DNA of 64,000 nucleotides from an uncultured Chloroflexia bacterium. Its GTDB lineage: Bacteria; Chloroflexota; Chloroflexia; Thermomicrobiales; Thermomicrobiaceae. The notes beneath the pieces are model-generated. The model was not told the DNA's origin, searched no databases, and saw nothing but the letters and a program-made list of their open reading frames with translations. The DNA is taken from the NCBI GenBank assembly GCA_963725815.1, contig CAVSAD010000007.1:168372-232371 (forward strand), read 5' to 3'. Shown here piece after piece: positions 21,072-29,433 of the stretch (position 1 is the first letter of the stretch; each line of letters opens with the position of its first letter). The translations under genes and the position numbers were made by a program.

Positions 21072-22261
21072 AACTCCTCCACCAGGTCGTAAAGAGCCGA
21101 AATAAGCGCGTTGGTCTCTTCTGGACGCCCGACCGTGATGCGCAAGAACTCACGCAGATCCGGGTTGCCGTAGTGACGAACCAGAATGCCGCGCCGCGCC
21201 AGTTTGCGCTGAATATCGTGAGCATCACCGCGTGTCACCCGGCACAGGATGTAATTTCCTTGCGACGGAAAGGGTTGAAGGAAGTTGAGCTTGCGCAGCG
21301 ACCGGTACAGCCTGCCCCGCTCGACCCGAATTCGGCGCACCGATTCTTGCAGATACGTCGCGTCGTCGAGCACGGCCTCGATCGCCTTAAAGCCCGCCAC
21401 GCTGACGTTGAATGGCTGTTTGACCTTCCACAGTTCCGCCGCGAGCGCGACCGGAAAGATGCCGTACCCGAGTCGCAACCCCGCCAGTCCCGCCCACTTA
21501 CTGAAGGTGCGGAGGACTACCATGTTGTCGAATTCAGTGGTAAACGGCAACAGCGTCTTGGTCGAAAATTCGAAATACGCTTCGTCGACGACCACGAGCA
21601 CGCCTGTCCGCAGCAGGCGAACCAACTGCTGCTGGGTGACCAGGTTGCCGGTAGGATTGTTGGGTGAAGCGACGAATATGACCTTGGTGCGGTCGTTGAC
21701 GGCGGCCTCGATGGCGTCGACATCGAGGTCGAAGTCCTCCTTGCGTTCGACTTCCCGGCTGATACCGCCGAAGAGCACCGGCCGCTGAGCGTAGACTCCA
21801 AAGGTTGGAATCGGGATAATGACCTCGTCTCCGGGATCGATCGTGGCCAGCAGGATGAGGTCGATCAGTTCGTCGGCGCCGTTTCCCACGATGATCCGTT
21901 CAGCAGGGGCTCCGGCATACTCGGCGATGCGTTGACGAGCGACTCGCTGATCCGGATCGGGGTAGCGGTGATACCGATCGAAGCTCGCCAGAGCCTCCTG
22001 CACTCTCAGAGTCGTGCCGTAAGGATTCTCGTTCGTGTCGAGCTTGATAACATCATCGATCGAACATCCGAGCGTCTCGGCGACCGTTTCGATCGCGACC
22101 GACGGAGTATAGGCCCCCATCTCGAAAACGCTGGGGCGGATGATTCTGCGAAGTACTTTGGGGATCGCCACCAATGCCTGCCTGTTCGATAACTCGGATC
22201 TCGCAAACGAACGCGTTGAGTGTGGCCCTTGGTTCCGACAAGAGCGTCGCCATACTATCAC
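21068..22261 (-). CDS. hisC: histidinol-phosphate aminotransferase
   Basis: LDTNENPYG and [14 protein letters not shown] (PLP Lys). 4-nt overlap with hisB. Start is uncertain: 22261 is the maximum, with internal TTG/GTG near 22171-22174. Confidence 0.88.
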   Translation of the reverse strand: MIVWRRSCRNQGPHSTRSFARSELSNRQALVAIPKVLRRIIRPSVFEMGAYTPSVAIETVAETLGCSIDDVIKLDTNENPYGTTLRVQEALASFDRYHRYPDPDQRVARQRIAEYAGAPAERIIVGNGADELIDLILLATIDPGDEVIIPIPTFGVYAQRPVLFGGISREVERKEDFDLDVDAIEAAVNDRTKVIFVASPNNPTGNLVTQQQLVRLLRTGVLVVVDEAYFEFSTKTLLPFTTEFDNMVVLRTFSKWAGLAGLRLGYGIFPVALAAELWKVKQPFNVSVAGFKAIEAVLDDATYLQESVRRIRVERGRLYRSLRKLNFLQPFPSQGNYILCRVTRGDAHDIQRKLARRGILVRHYGNPDLREFLRITVGRPEETNALISALYDLVEEL

Positions 22262-22271
22262 GTACGTCTAG

Positions 22272-23606
22272 ATGAACGACGATCGTGGACGACATCGCGA
22301 CGTGGCGCGCTCTGCCGCGCAAGGATCGGCTGTGGGAGAGCTAGCCTGGCGGCGACGAGTGCGCCTGATCTCAGCCATCATCGTGCTGATTGCCGCGCTC
22401 CTATCGACGCCACTCGAACCTCGCGTCCACGTCAACGTGGCGAATCGGCCCTCGTTCCCGCCTCCGCGACCGGCGGCCGCACGTCCGGTGCATGCGATCC
22501 CGAGCCAATCGTTTGTCGCCGCTACGGGCTCGGCCCCGCCCGCTGCTGCTCCGGGGACTACTCCGACCGAGGTTCCGCCCGTTCCTCCAATTTCACTGAC
22601 CGCCAAGGCCGCCTATGCCGTCGACGTCACGAGTCAGGCGGAACTCTATGCCAGCAACGCCGATACAGCGCTCGCCCCCGCCAGCACGACCAAAATCATC
22701 ACTGCCATCGTGGTCATGCAACATGCGTCACCGGACAACATGGTGACGATCGAACAAGACGATACGGTCGATGGAACGATCTACTCGCACATGGGGCTGA
22801 TGGCTGGTGACGTCGTGTCCGTGCGGAATCTGCTGGCCGGCATGATGCTCAACTCAGCCGGAGATGCGGCGCTGGCCCTATCTCGTTACGTCGGCTCGCA
22901 GTTATCGAACCAGGCCGTCAGCGATCCTCGCCAGCGTTTCGTGGATGAGATGAGCCGCGTCGCCAGTCAGCTTGGGATGAAGAACACGCATTTCGTCGAT
23001 CCGGATGGCCGGGATGCTCCGGGGCACGTTTCGACGGCGCATGATCTTGCGATCGCCGCGGCGGATCTGTTTCAGTATCAGCTGTTACAGCAGCTGGTTG
23101 ACACTCGCACCGAAACGGTTCCGGTTCAAGGGCCGAATGCTCGGAGTATCACGCTCTACAACACCAATGACTTGCTCGGTACCCCTGGTGTGCATGGAGT
23201 AAAGACCGGAACGACGGATAACGCCGGTCAGTGTTTGGTCATCGCGATCTGGCGTGGTACCGACCGGGTGATCCTGGTCGTGCTGGGTAGCACGGACCGG
23301 TACGCCGACATGAACGCGCTGCTGAACTACCTGGATGGCCAGTATCGGTGGGAGCGGCTTGGTCGCGGCGGAGACTTGCAGAACCTCAACGCGGAACTCG
23401 CGGCCAAAGGGTATTCGCTGGCAGTCACGAAGACGGTGGTACTGACGACTGCTGAAGCCAATGAACTGCACTACACCGTAACGATCACGCCGTCGAACGA
23501 CAAATCGCCATTCGCGGCGCAGGGCGACGTAGTATTCTTGGTAGGTTCACAGCCCATCCTGCGGCTGGCTATTTACGCTGGAGATCCATTCAAGAACAGC
23601 GGCTGA
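22272..23606 (+). CDS. D-alanyl-D-alanine carboxypeptidase, peptidase S11
   Basis: N-terminal TM, Pro/Ala-rich linker, SxxK (ASTTK) and KTG (VKTGTT). An alternative start at GTG 22332 has an AAGGA RBS. Confidence 0.8.
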   Translation: MNDDRGRHRDVARSAAQGSAVGELAWRRRVRLISAIIVLIAALLSTPLEPRVHVNVANRPSFPPPRPAAARPVHAIPSQSFVAATGSAPPAAAPGTTPTEVPPVPPISLTAKAAYAVDVTSQAELYASNADTALAPASTTKIITAIVVMQHASPDNMVTIEQDDTVDGTIYSHMGLMAGDVVSVRNLLAGMMLNSAGDAALALSRYVGSQLSNQAVSDPRQRFVDEMSRVASQLGMKNTHFVDPDGRDAPGHVSTAHDLAIAAADLFQYQLLQQLVDTRTETVPVQGPNARSITLYNTNDLLGTPGVHGVKTGTTDNAGQCLVIAIWRGTDRVILVVLGSTDRYADMNALLNYLDGQYRWERLGRGGDLQNLNAELAAKGYSLAVTKTVVLTTAEANELHYTVTITPSNDKSPFAAQGDVVFLVGSQPILRLAIYAGDPFKNSG

Positions 23607-23648
23607 AAAACATGCCTTTTCCTAAATCGATCTTCATAGGAGAACGTA

Positions 23649-24605
23649 TTGGAACGCCTTCAGCGCGTGATCGCTTCATACGGAATTACGTCGCGCCGTA
23701 AAGCCGAGACAATGATCGTCGATGGTCGCGTCAGTGTCGACGGCCAGGTCGTTCGCGAGCTCGGCGTGCGGGTCGACCCCGCACGTCAGGAGATCCGCGT
23801 TGACGGGCAGTTGATGCATTGGGAGCGGCGTCGGTACCTGGTATTGAATAAACCGTCAGGTTACATCACAACCGCGGCCGATGAGCGCGGTCGTCGCACG
23901 GTTCTCGATTTAGTGGACGTGCCGGAGCGTGTCGTCCCGGTGGGACGGCTCGATCGCAAGACCTGCGGCCTTCTCCTGCTGACCAACGACGGTGAGCTAA
24001 TCTATCGAGTCACGCATCCGCGGTTCGAGCTCGAGAAAGAGTACGAGGTAGAGCTCGACGGCTTCCCGCCGCCTGCCGCGCTCGAGCGCCTGCGAAAGGG
24101 CGTCATCGTGGATGGGGTGAAAGTCGAGCCCTCCCAAATTCGACCGCTCCGAAACGACGAGTCGGGCACGGTGTTGCGAGTCGTGATCCACGAGGGCCGT
24201 AACCGGATCGTTCGACGTATGATGGAACGCATCGGCTATCCCGTTTTGAGGCTTGAACGAACGCGCCTTGGACCGCTGCAGATTCGAGGACTGCCGGTTG
24301 GCGGATGGCGGGATCTGACCGGAGGAGAGCTATCGCAGATACGTGAGTCGGTGGGGCTCGGTGAAGAGGACGCCGATTCGCGTGGCATGCCGCCGTCCGG
24401 TCCGCCGTCACGACCGCGCGGAGGTTCCCCAGAGGGCATCCGCCGTCAAGGTCCGGGCGGACGACCGGGCGATTCAGGAGTGGGGAGGCGACCAGATCGA
24501 ACCAGAAGCGGACGTCCACCGGCGCGTGGCACAGGGCCCCGAACCCCGCCTCGTGATCGCGATCGACGGCCCGGCGGCGGCGGGAAAGACGACCGTAGCC
24601 AGTGA
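23649..24605 (+). CDS. rluB: pseudouridine synthase, RsuA/RluB family, with Arg/Gly/Pro-rich C-terminal tail
   Basis: S4 domain (RLQRVIASYGITSRRKAETMIVDGRVSVDG) and catalytic block GRLDRKTCGLLLLTNDGEL. AGGAGAA RBS precedes TTG 23649. Confidence 0.85.
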   Translation: MERLQRVIASYGITSRRKAETMIVDGRVSVDGQVVRELGVRVDPARQEIRVDGQLMHWERRRYLVLNKPSGYITTAADERGRRTVLDLVDVPERVVPVGRLDRKTCGLLLLTNDGELIYRVTHPRFELEKEYEVELDGFPPPAALERLRKGVIVDGVKVEPSQIRPLRNDESGTVLRVVIHEGRNRIVRRMMERIGYPVLRLERTRLGPLQIRGLPVGGWRDLTGGELSQIRESVGLGEEDADSRGMPPSGPPSRPRGGSPEGIRRQGPGGRPGDSGVGRRPDRTRSGRPPARGTGPRTPPRDRDRRPGGGGKDDRSQ

Positions 24606-25239
24606 ACTGGCTCGTCGCATCGGCGCGCTCTTCTTCGACACCGGGGTGATTTATCGAGCGCTGGCACTCGTCGCGTTGGAGCAAGGAATTGACCCGGGTG
24701 ACGCCGGCCGATTAGCTGCCGTGGCCTCAACGCTGCCGGTGCGAGTCGAGCCGGCGAGCGCGAATGACGGCCGTGGCTCGGACATTCTCATCGACGGGCG
24801 AGATATCACCTGGGCTATACGATCGCCTGACGTTGATCGCTTGGTATCTCCCGTTTCGGCGCATGAACCGGTGCGTGCGGCGCTCCTGGAGGTGCAACGG
24901 GCAATCGGTCGCGGCGGGCGCGTGGTGATGGTCGGGCGGGATATCGGTACGGTGGTGATGCCGGATGCCGACCTCAAGATCTGGCTTGACGCGTCGTTGG
25001 AGGTGCGTGCTCGGCGTCGAGCGCTGGATCTTGAGCGGCTCGGGGAGCCGCATGCCGTCGAGCAGGTGCGAGCCGATATGGCTGCTCGCGACGAAATTGA
25101 CGCGCGTCGCGCGGTTGCGCCAATGAAAGCGGCGGCGGATGCCGTCGTGGTGAATACCGATGGGTTGAGCATCGACCAGGTGGTCGACAGGATTCTGCGG
25201 CTGCTCGCTGAGCGAGCCACCCACGGAGCAGATCGTTGA
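24526..25239 (+). CDS. cmk: cytidylate kinase
   Basis: VIAIDGPAAAGKTTVASELARRIGALFFDTGVIYRA. The ORF is open from 24343 but that extension is Arg-rich junk; GTG 24526 is the nearest start to the P-loop. Confidence 0.9.
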   Translation: MAQGPEPRLVIAIDGPAAAGKTTVASELARRIGALFFDTGVIYRALALVALEQGIDPGDAGRLAAVASTLPVRVEPASANDGRGSDILIDGRDITWAIRSPDVDRLVSPVSAHEPVRAALLEVQRAIGRGGRVVMVGRDIGTVVMPDADLKIWLDASLEVRARRRALDLERLGEPHAVEQVRADMAARDEIDARRAVAPMKAAADAVVVNTDGLSIDQVVDRILRLLAERATHGADR

Positions 25240-25991
25240 GACAGAAGTCGTTCGGCGAAAAAGCATGGCGGGCATGTCGCCTATCTCTCTACCTGTTTGC
25301 CCGGCCATTTGTTCTCGCGGCCTTTCGACAGCTCATCGGGTTTCGAATCGAAGGAATCGAGAACGTTCCGAAGCACGGTCCCGCGCTCGTCATCAGCAAT
25401 CACCTGCACAACTCCGATCCAATTTTGCTCGTGGCAGCCTACCCGCGACCGCTCCTCTGGATGGCCAAGAAAGAGGTGTTCGGTGTTCCATTCGTTGGGT
25501 GGGTCGCGGATTCCGCCGGAGCCTTTCCTGTCGACCGGGGACACGCTGACCGCCAGGCGCTACGTAATGCCGAACGACTGCTCGACGAGGGTTTCATCGT
25601 GGGCGTGTTTCCCGAAGGCACGCGCAGCGTTAGCGGCGGTTTGAAGGATGTCTTTCCCGGTGTCGCGATCATTGCTTCGCGAGCCGGTGTCCCGGTCATT
25701 CCAACGGCGATATTCGGAACCGAAGTGTTGCCATTCAACGGACGCAAGGGGCGAAAGCAGGGACGTGGACGCCCACGTGTGACCGTCCGCATGGGCAAGC
25801 CCTTCTATCTTCCAAAGCGAGCACAGGGAGAACGGCGCCTCAACATGGCGGAGCTTACGGACCTGATGATGCTGCACGTGGCCGAACTTCTGCCCGAGCA
25901 ATATCGCGGGATTTACGCGGATCGTTCAGCTGAACGCGAGGGCCAACCACCCCAGGCGACGGACGGAGCTCAACGATTTGGACCAACGTGA
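25236..25991 (+). CDS. plsC: 1-acyl-sn-glycerol-3-phosphate acyltransferase
   Basis: HxxxxD block NHLHNSD and FPEGTRS. Follows cmk, as in many genomes. Confidence 0.85.
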   Translation: MRQKSFGEKAWRACRLSLYLFARPFVLAAFRQLIGFRIEGIENVPKHGPALVISNHLHNSDPILLVAAYPRPLLWMAKKEVFGVPFVGWVADSAGAFPVDRGHADRQALRNAERLLDEGFIVGVFPEGTRSVSGGLKDVFPGVAIIASRAGVPVIPTAIFGTEVLPFNGRKGRKQGRGRPRVTVRMGKPFYLPKRAQGERRLNMAELTDLMMLHVAELLPEQYRGIYADRSAEREGQPPQATDGAQRFGPT

Positions 25992-26032
25992 TGTCGGTCA
26001 ACCGGTACCGTGGTAGTCGAAAGGAGAGGGAC

Positions 26033-26593
26033 ATGACCGGATCATTAGCAGCTCGGCTCAGCGATCGGATGCAACAAATTGACCAGCAGGTTTTGACGGT
26101 GCTCAATGACGCGACTGACGAACAGCTCAGCTGGAGTGAGCGTCCAACGGCGCCGTCGATCGCGTTCCACATCTGGCACATCTCCCGCTACGCGGATCGC
26201 AACCAGGCGATGCTGGCCGCGCTTGAGGGACCGTCTGCCAGCACGGATGAGATCTGGACGACGCAAAACTACGCGTCGCGATGGGGACTTGATGTCAGCA
26301 CGATTGGAAGCGTTGGAACCGGGATGGGCATGTCGGACGAGGACGCTGCCAACCTCACGCTGCCAGGGAAAACGGACCTGCTCGAATATGTCGAGCAATC
26401 ACTCCGGCGGCTGGACGAGCAATTCGCCAGGCTGGACGACCAGACCCTGATGAGCGATACCGTGGATTCCAGCGGACGGTCTGCGAACGTCGCTGCCGCG
26501 CTTCTCAGTCATCTGACACACGCCAGTCGCCATCTCGGGATGATCGAAGCGCTGCGTGGAATTCAGGGACAGCGAGGCACGGCGTCGGCCTGA
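26033..26593 (+). CDS. DinB-family (DinB_2-like) four-helix metal-binding protein
   Basis: Spaced His residues (HIWHISRYADRN ... LSHLTHASRHLGMIEALRG). AGGAGAGGG RBS precedes ATG 26033. Confidence 0.7.
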   Translation: MTGSLAARLSDRMQQIDQQVLTVLNDATDEQLSWSERPTAPSIAFHIWHISRYADRNQAMLAALEGPSASTDEIWTTQNYASRWGLDVSTIGSVGTGMGMSDEDAANLTLPGKTDLLEYVEQSLRRLDEQFARLDDQTLMSDTVDSSGRSANVAAALLSHLTHASRHLGMIEALRGIQGQRGTASA

Positions 26594-26640
26594 GTCCGTG
26601 ATACGGCGATCGATCTGACGCGTTCAATCGAGCTACACGG

Positions 26641-26672
26641 ACACAGGGGTTGGACGAAGCCAACCCCTGTGT
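26641..26672 (+). terminator. perfect 13-bp stem-loop downstream of the DinB gene
   Basis: ACACAGGGGTTGG-acgaag-CCAACCCCTGTGT. There is no immediate T-tract, so its function as a terminator is uncertain. Confidence 0.4.
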
Positions 26673-26990
26673 CATGGCACTCGGCACGTCGGTGTCATTT
26701 TTCGAGCACACGGTTCACGGCAACAGCCCCGCCGATCACGACGGAGGCGCGGAGCTCTGCCAGCGCGGTTGATCCGGGATCGAGACCGGGCAGCACCACC
26801 GTACCGTTGTCATCGCTTTGGAACCACCGGCCCAGCCAGAGTTGAGGGCCTCCTTGGCTCCTGGGTTTCCGGCCATCGGACCTTCGCGTTGAGCAGTCGC
26901 TTCTCACGTCACACTCGGTGGAGGCCGTGCCCGTCGCGGGCGAGCGTCTGTCGGCGAATCGAGAAGTGCCAAATTCACCCGTCGTCCGGC

Positions 26991-27019
26991 TTGTACGTAC
27001 AGCCGCGTACTGCTATCAT
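26991..27019 (+). promoter_or_regulatory. candidate promoter TTGTAC-N17-TATCAT upstream of the second S11 peptidase
   Basis: -35 at 26991-26996 and -10 at 27014-27019 with TGc just upstream. Implies a roughly 135-nt 5' UTR. Confidence 0.4.
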
Positions 27020-27160
27020 GTTGTCTGCAAGTCACTGCGTCGGAAGCCGATCATTCGCCTTCGCGACAGCAGCCGAGAGCAGGCCGGAGGTGGGGATTTC
27101 CGGCTGGTCCACATCACGGGCACATACCCGCAACTCGGATCGTGGCTGGGGAGGTCTCAT

Positions 27161-28831
27161 ATGATTCGAGACGCGTTCCGCGTGTTCAGCACATCGAGCC
27201 GTCTGGCCATGGTATTCGTGTTGGTCAGCCTGGTCGTGGTATCCGGTGCGTCCGCGTCAGGTGAGCCGGTTATCGCGGCGCAGTCCGCGATTGTGATCGA
27301 TGCTGGCTCTGGCACTATCCTCTATGACAAATCGATGGATTCCCCAACCGCGCCGGCCAGTCTGACCAAGATCTTCACCACGATCTATGCCTTAGAGATG
27401 GCACCTCTGGATCGCACGCTCACGGTCGATCAGACTGATCTCGTTGGCGAGTCGTCGATGGGCCTTCGGGCAGGCGAAACGATCTCTCTCAAGACTGCGC
27501 TCTACGGAATGCTGCTTCCATCGGGTAACGATGCCGCCATGACGGTGGCGCAGAACCTCGGCGCCCGACCAGGCGACACGCCGCAACAGTCGGTGGACCG
27601 CTACGTTGGCTGGCTCAACGATATGGCGGCACGGCTCGGTTTGACTCAGACGCACCTGGTCAACCCGCACGGGCTCGACCAAAGTGGCCACGTGACGACG
27701 GCCCGAGACCTGGCCGCGATCACAATGTATGCGCTCAAAAACCCGGAGTTTCGGCAGATCATCGCTACCCCGTATTACAGTGGCGATGGCCACGAGATGT
27801 ATCAGGCAAACCGGCTTCTCGGCAGCTATCAGGGTCTCGTCGGCGGTAAGACCGGAATAACCGACAACGCGGGTTACTGCCTCATTGAAGTTGCTGAACG
27901 CAACGGCCACACCATCATTTCGGTCGTGATGAAGAGCACTGAGGCAGCCTGGTACCAGGACGCGACGACGCTCCTCGATTATGGGTTCTCCGCGCTGGCG
28001 GCTGGACAGTCGGTTGGAGGGTCGCAGCCAATTACCCTCTCCCCGGTCGTGATTCAGCCCGGCGTGCTGGCAGCGGCCGTGACACCGCAAGCAACGAGCG
28101 CGGCAGGGGCAGTTCCCGGGCCGTCTCGTCTCTCGGTACGGCAGGTGAGTGACAACGTCGCGGTTGTCAGCCACAGCCTACTGGCGCCGACTACCTCCGG
28201 ATTCTCATGGAAATGGCCGCTCACTTCGCTGGTGACCATGCTGGCCTTGTTGGCTATCTTGCTGAACTACCCGATCGTCATTGGCGCCGGAAGTCTGCTG
28301 TGGCGCTACGGTGTGCCAACTGGCCGTGCGTTGAACCTCCACGTCGCGTCGAAACGAGACCCGCGGGCGAAAATGACCCATTCAAGGCGATCATCGCGCA
28401 GCACTAAGTCCGGGCGTCGCGCGCGCCGTGCCGTATTGCCGGAGGCCGCTGATTTGTCCAGCGCGCCGCAGCTCGACTCCCATGTGGAGCCGGGAGTAAA
28501 CGACGTTCACCCGTGGCAGAACGTCGTCTCACTGAATGCCGCCGAGACAATCGGCACCCGCGCCGTGCGACTTGCGCTACGAGGTGACTACCATGCCTCC
28601 GCCAGTGAGTTCACGCGAGCATTGCGCACCGACTCGACCTTCGACCTGACTCGTTGTGCCGGGTTCTGGAGTATGCAGCCTGCCGGCTACGTCGCGGCCG
28701 CGCGCGCCTATGCACTCAACGACCGGACCTCCGACGCGAAATCTCTTCTGACCGTCATCAAGCTGAGCTGCGGGTCACACCGGGAGCTCGAATCCCTGCT
28801 CAATCAGGTGGTCGTACCCGCAGTCCGCTAG
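27161..28831 (+). CDS. S11 D-Ala-D-Ala carboxypeptidase fused to a second TM segment and a C-terminal cytoplasmic domain
   Basis: GGGGAGG RBS precedes ATG 27161. Signal/anchor, then SLTK, SGND and KTGIT motifs. A hydrophobic segment WPLTSLVTMLALLAILLNYPIVIGAGSLLW follows, then a basic stretch and a roughly 130-aa helical tail. Confidence 0.8.
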   Translation: MIRDAFRVFSTSSRLAMVFVLVSLVVVSGASASGEPVIAAQSAIVIDAGSGTILYDKSMDSPTAPASLTKIFTTIYALEMAPLDRTLTVDQTDLVGESSMGLRAGETISLKTALYGMLLPSGNDAAMTVAQNLGARPGDTPQQSVDRYVGWLNDMAARLGLTQTHLVNPHGLDQSGHVTTARDLAAITMYALKNPEFRQIIATPYYSGDGHEMYQANRLLGSYQGLVGGKTGITDNAGYCLIEVAERNGHTIISVVMKSTEAAWYQDATTLLDYGFSALAAGQSVGGSQPITLSPVVIQPGVLAAAVTPQATSAAGAVPGPSRLSVRQVSDNVAVVSHSLLAPTTSGFSWKWPLTSLVTMLALLAILLNYPIVIGAGSLLWRYGVPTGRALNLHVASKRDPRAKMTHSRRSSRSTKSGRRARRAVLPEAADLSSAPQLDSHVEPGVNDVHPWQNVVSLNAAETIGTRAVRLALRGDYHASASEFTRALRTDSTFDLTRCAGFWSMQPAGYVAAARAYALNDRTSDAKSLLTVIKLSCGSHRELESLLNQVVVPAVR

Positions 28832-28934
28832 TCGTCGCTTCTTCAATTGGACGCTGGAGTCGATCGTCGAGAGGACGACTGATTCCAGCTTCTTTATTGC
28901 CGGTCAATAATGTGGTTCCTGAACCAGTGAAAAG

Positions 28935-28963
28935 TTGATACGATACATGTGAGGTGTTATAAT
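28935..28963 (+). promoter_or_regulatory. near-consensus sigma-70 promoter of hspR-clpB (TTGATA-N17-TATAAT)
   Basis: -35 at 28935-28940 and -10 at 28958-28963. ATG of hspR is at 29000. Confidence 0.6.
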
Positions 28964-28999
28964 CCCCACGTATTAGGCAGAGGTGCGCGGGGAGGAATC

Positions 29000-29353
29000 A
29001 TGCGTAACAACGAGCCACTTTACGTTATCAGCGTCGCGGCACGGTTGCTCGAGCTTCATCCGCAGACATTGCGGAAGTATGAGCGCGAGGGATTTGTCTC
29101 TCCATCACGAACGACGGGGAATCTTCGCCTGTATTCCAGCGAAGACCTGGAACAGCTCCGGCAGGTGAAATATCTGGTCGAGGACCGGGGAATCAACCTG
29201 GCTGGGGTTCAGCTTTCGATGGAGCTGACCGCACGCCTGAAACGCATTTACAGCGAGTGTGCAGCGATTTCAAGGCGCAATGATGGTCGTCTGGACCCGG
29301 TGTTGCGGGAGATCGGTGTCCTCCTCGAGATGCTCGGCATCGAGTCAGTCTGA
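29000..29353 (+). CDS. hspR: MerR-family heat-shock repressor HspR
   Basis: LYVISVAARLLELHPQTLRKYEREGFVSPSRTTGNLRLYSSEDLEQLRQVKYLVEDRGINLAGV. Lies directly upstream of clpB. GGGGAGGA RBS. Confidence 0.8.
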   Translation: MRNNEPLYVISVAARLLELHPQTLRKYEREGFVSPSRTTGNLRLYSSEDLEQLRQVKYLVEDRGINLAGVQLSMELTARLKRIYSECAAISRRNDGRLDPVLREIGVLLEMLGIESV

Positions 29354-29433
29354 TCCCTCGGGCATCATTCCCAGCGCCTTCCCATGCCTGGCAACATGCA
29401 CCGGATTCTACGTGATGGATAGGTTCTAACAGC

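Noticed and set aside
27020-27160. c-di-AMP (ydaO-type) riboswitch in the 5' UTR of the S11 peptidase, suggested by GGAGGTGGGGATTTCC and the cell-wall gene context
   Set aside because: Only that fragment resembles the motif. The conserved ACGGGGUGAAUC and CCCGAAUCCG.CAGCUAACCUCGUAAGCG segments are absent.
28894-28999. Canonical HAIR element (CTTGAGT-N7-ACTCAAG) upstream of hspR
   Set aside because: It is not present. Only unrelated dyads were found, and these are reported as a finding instead.
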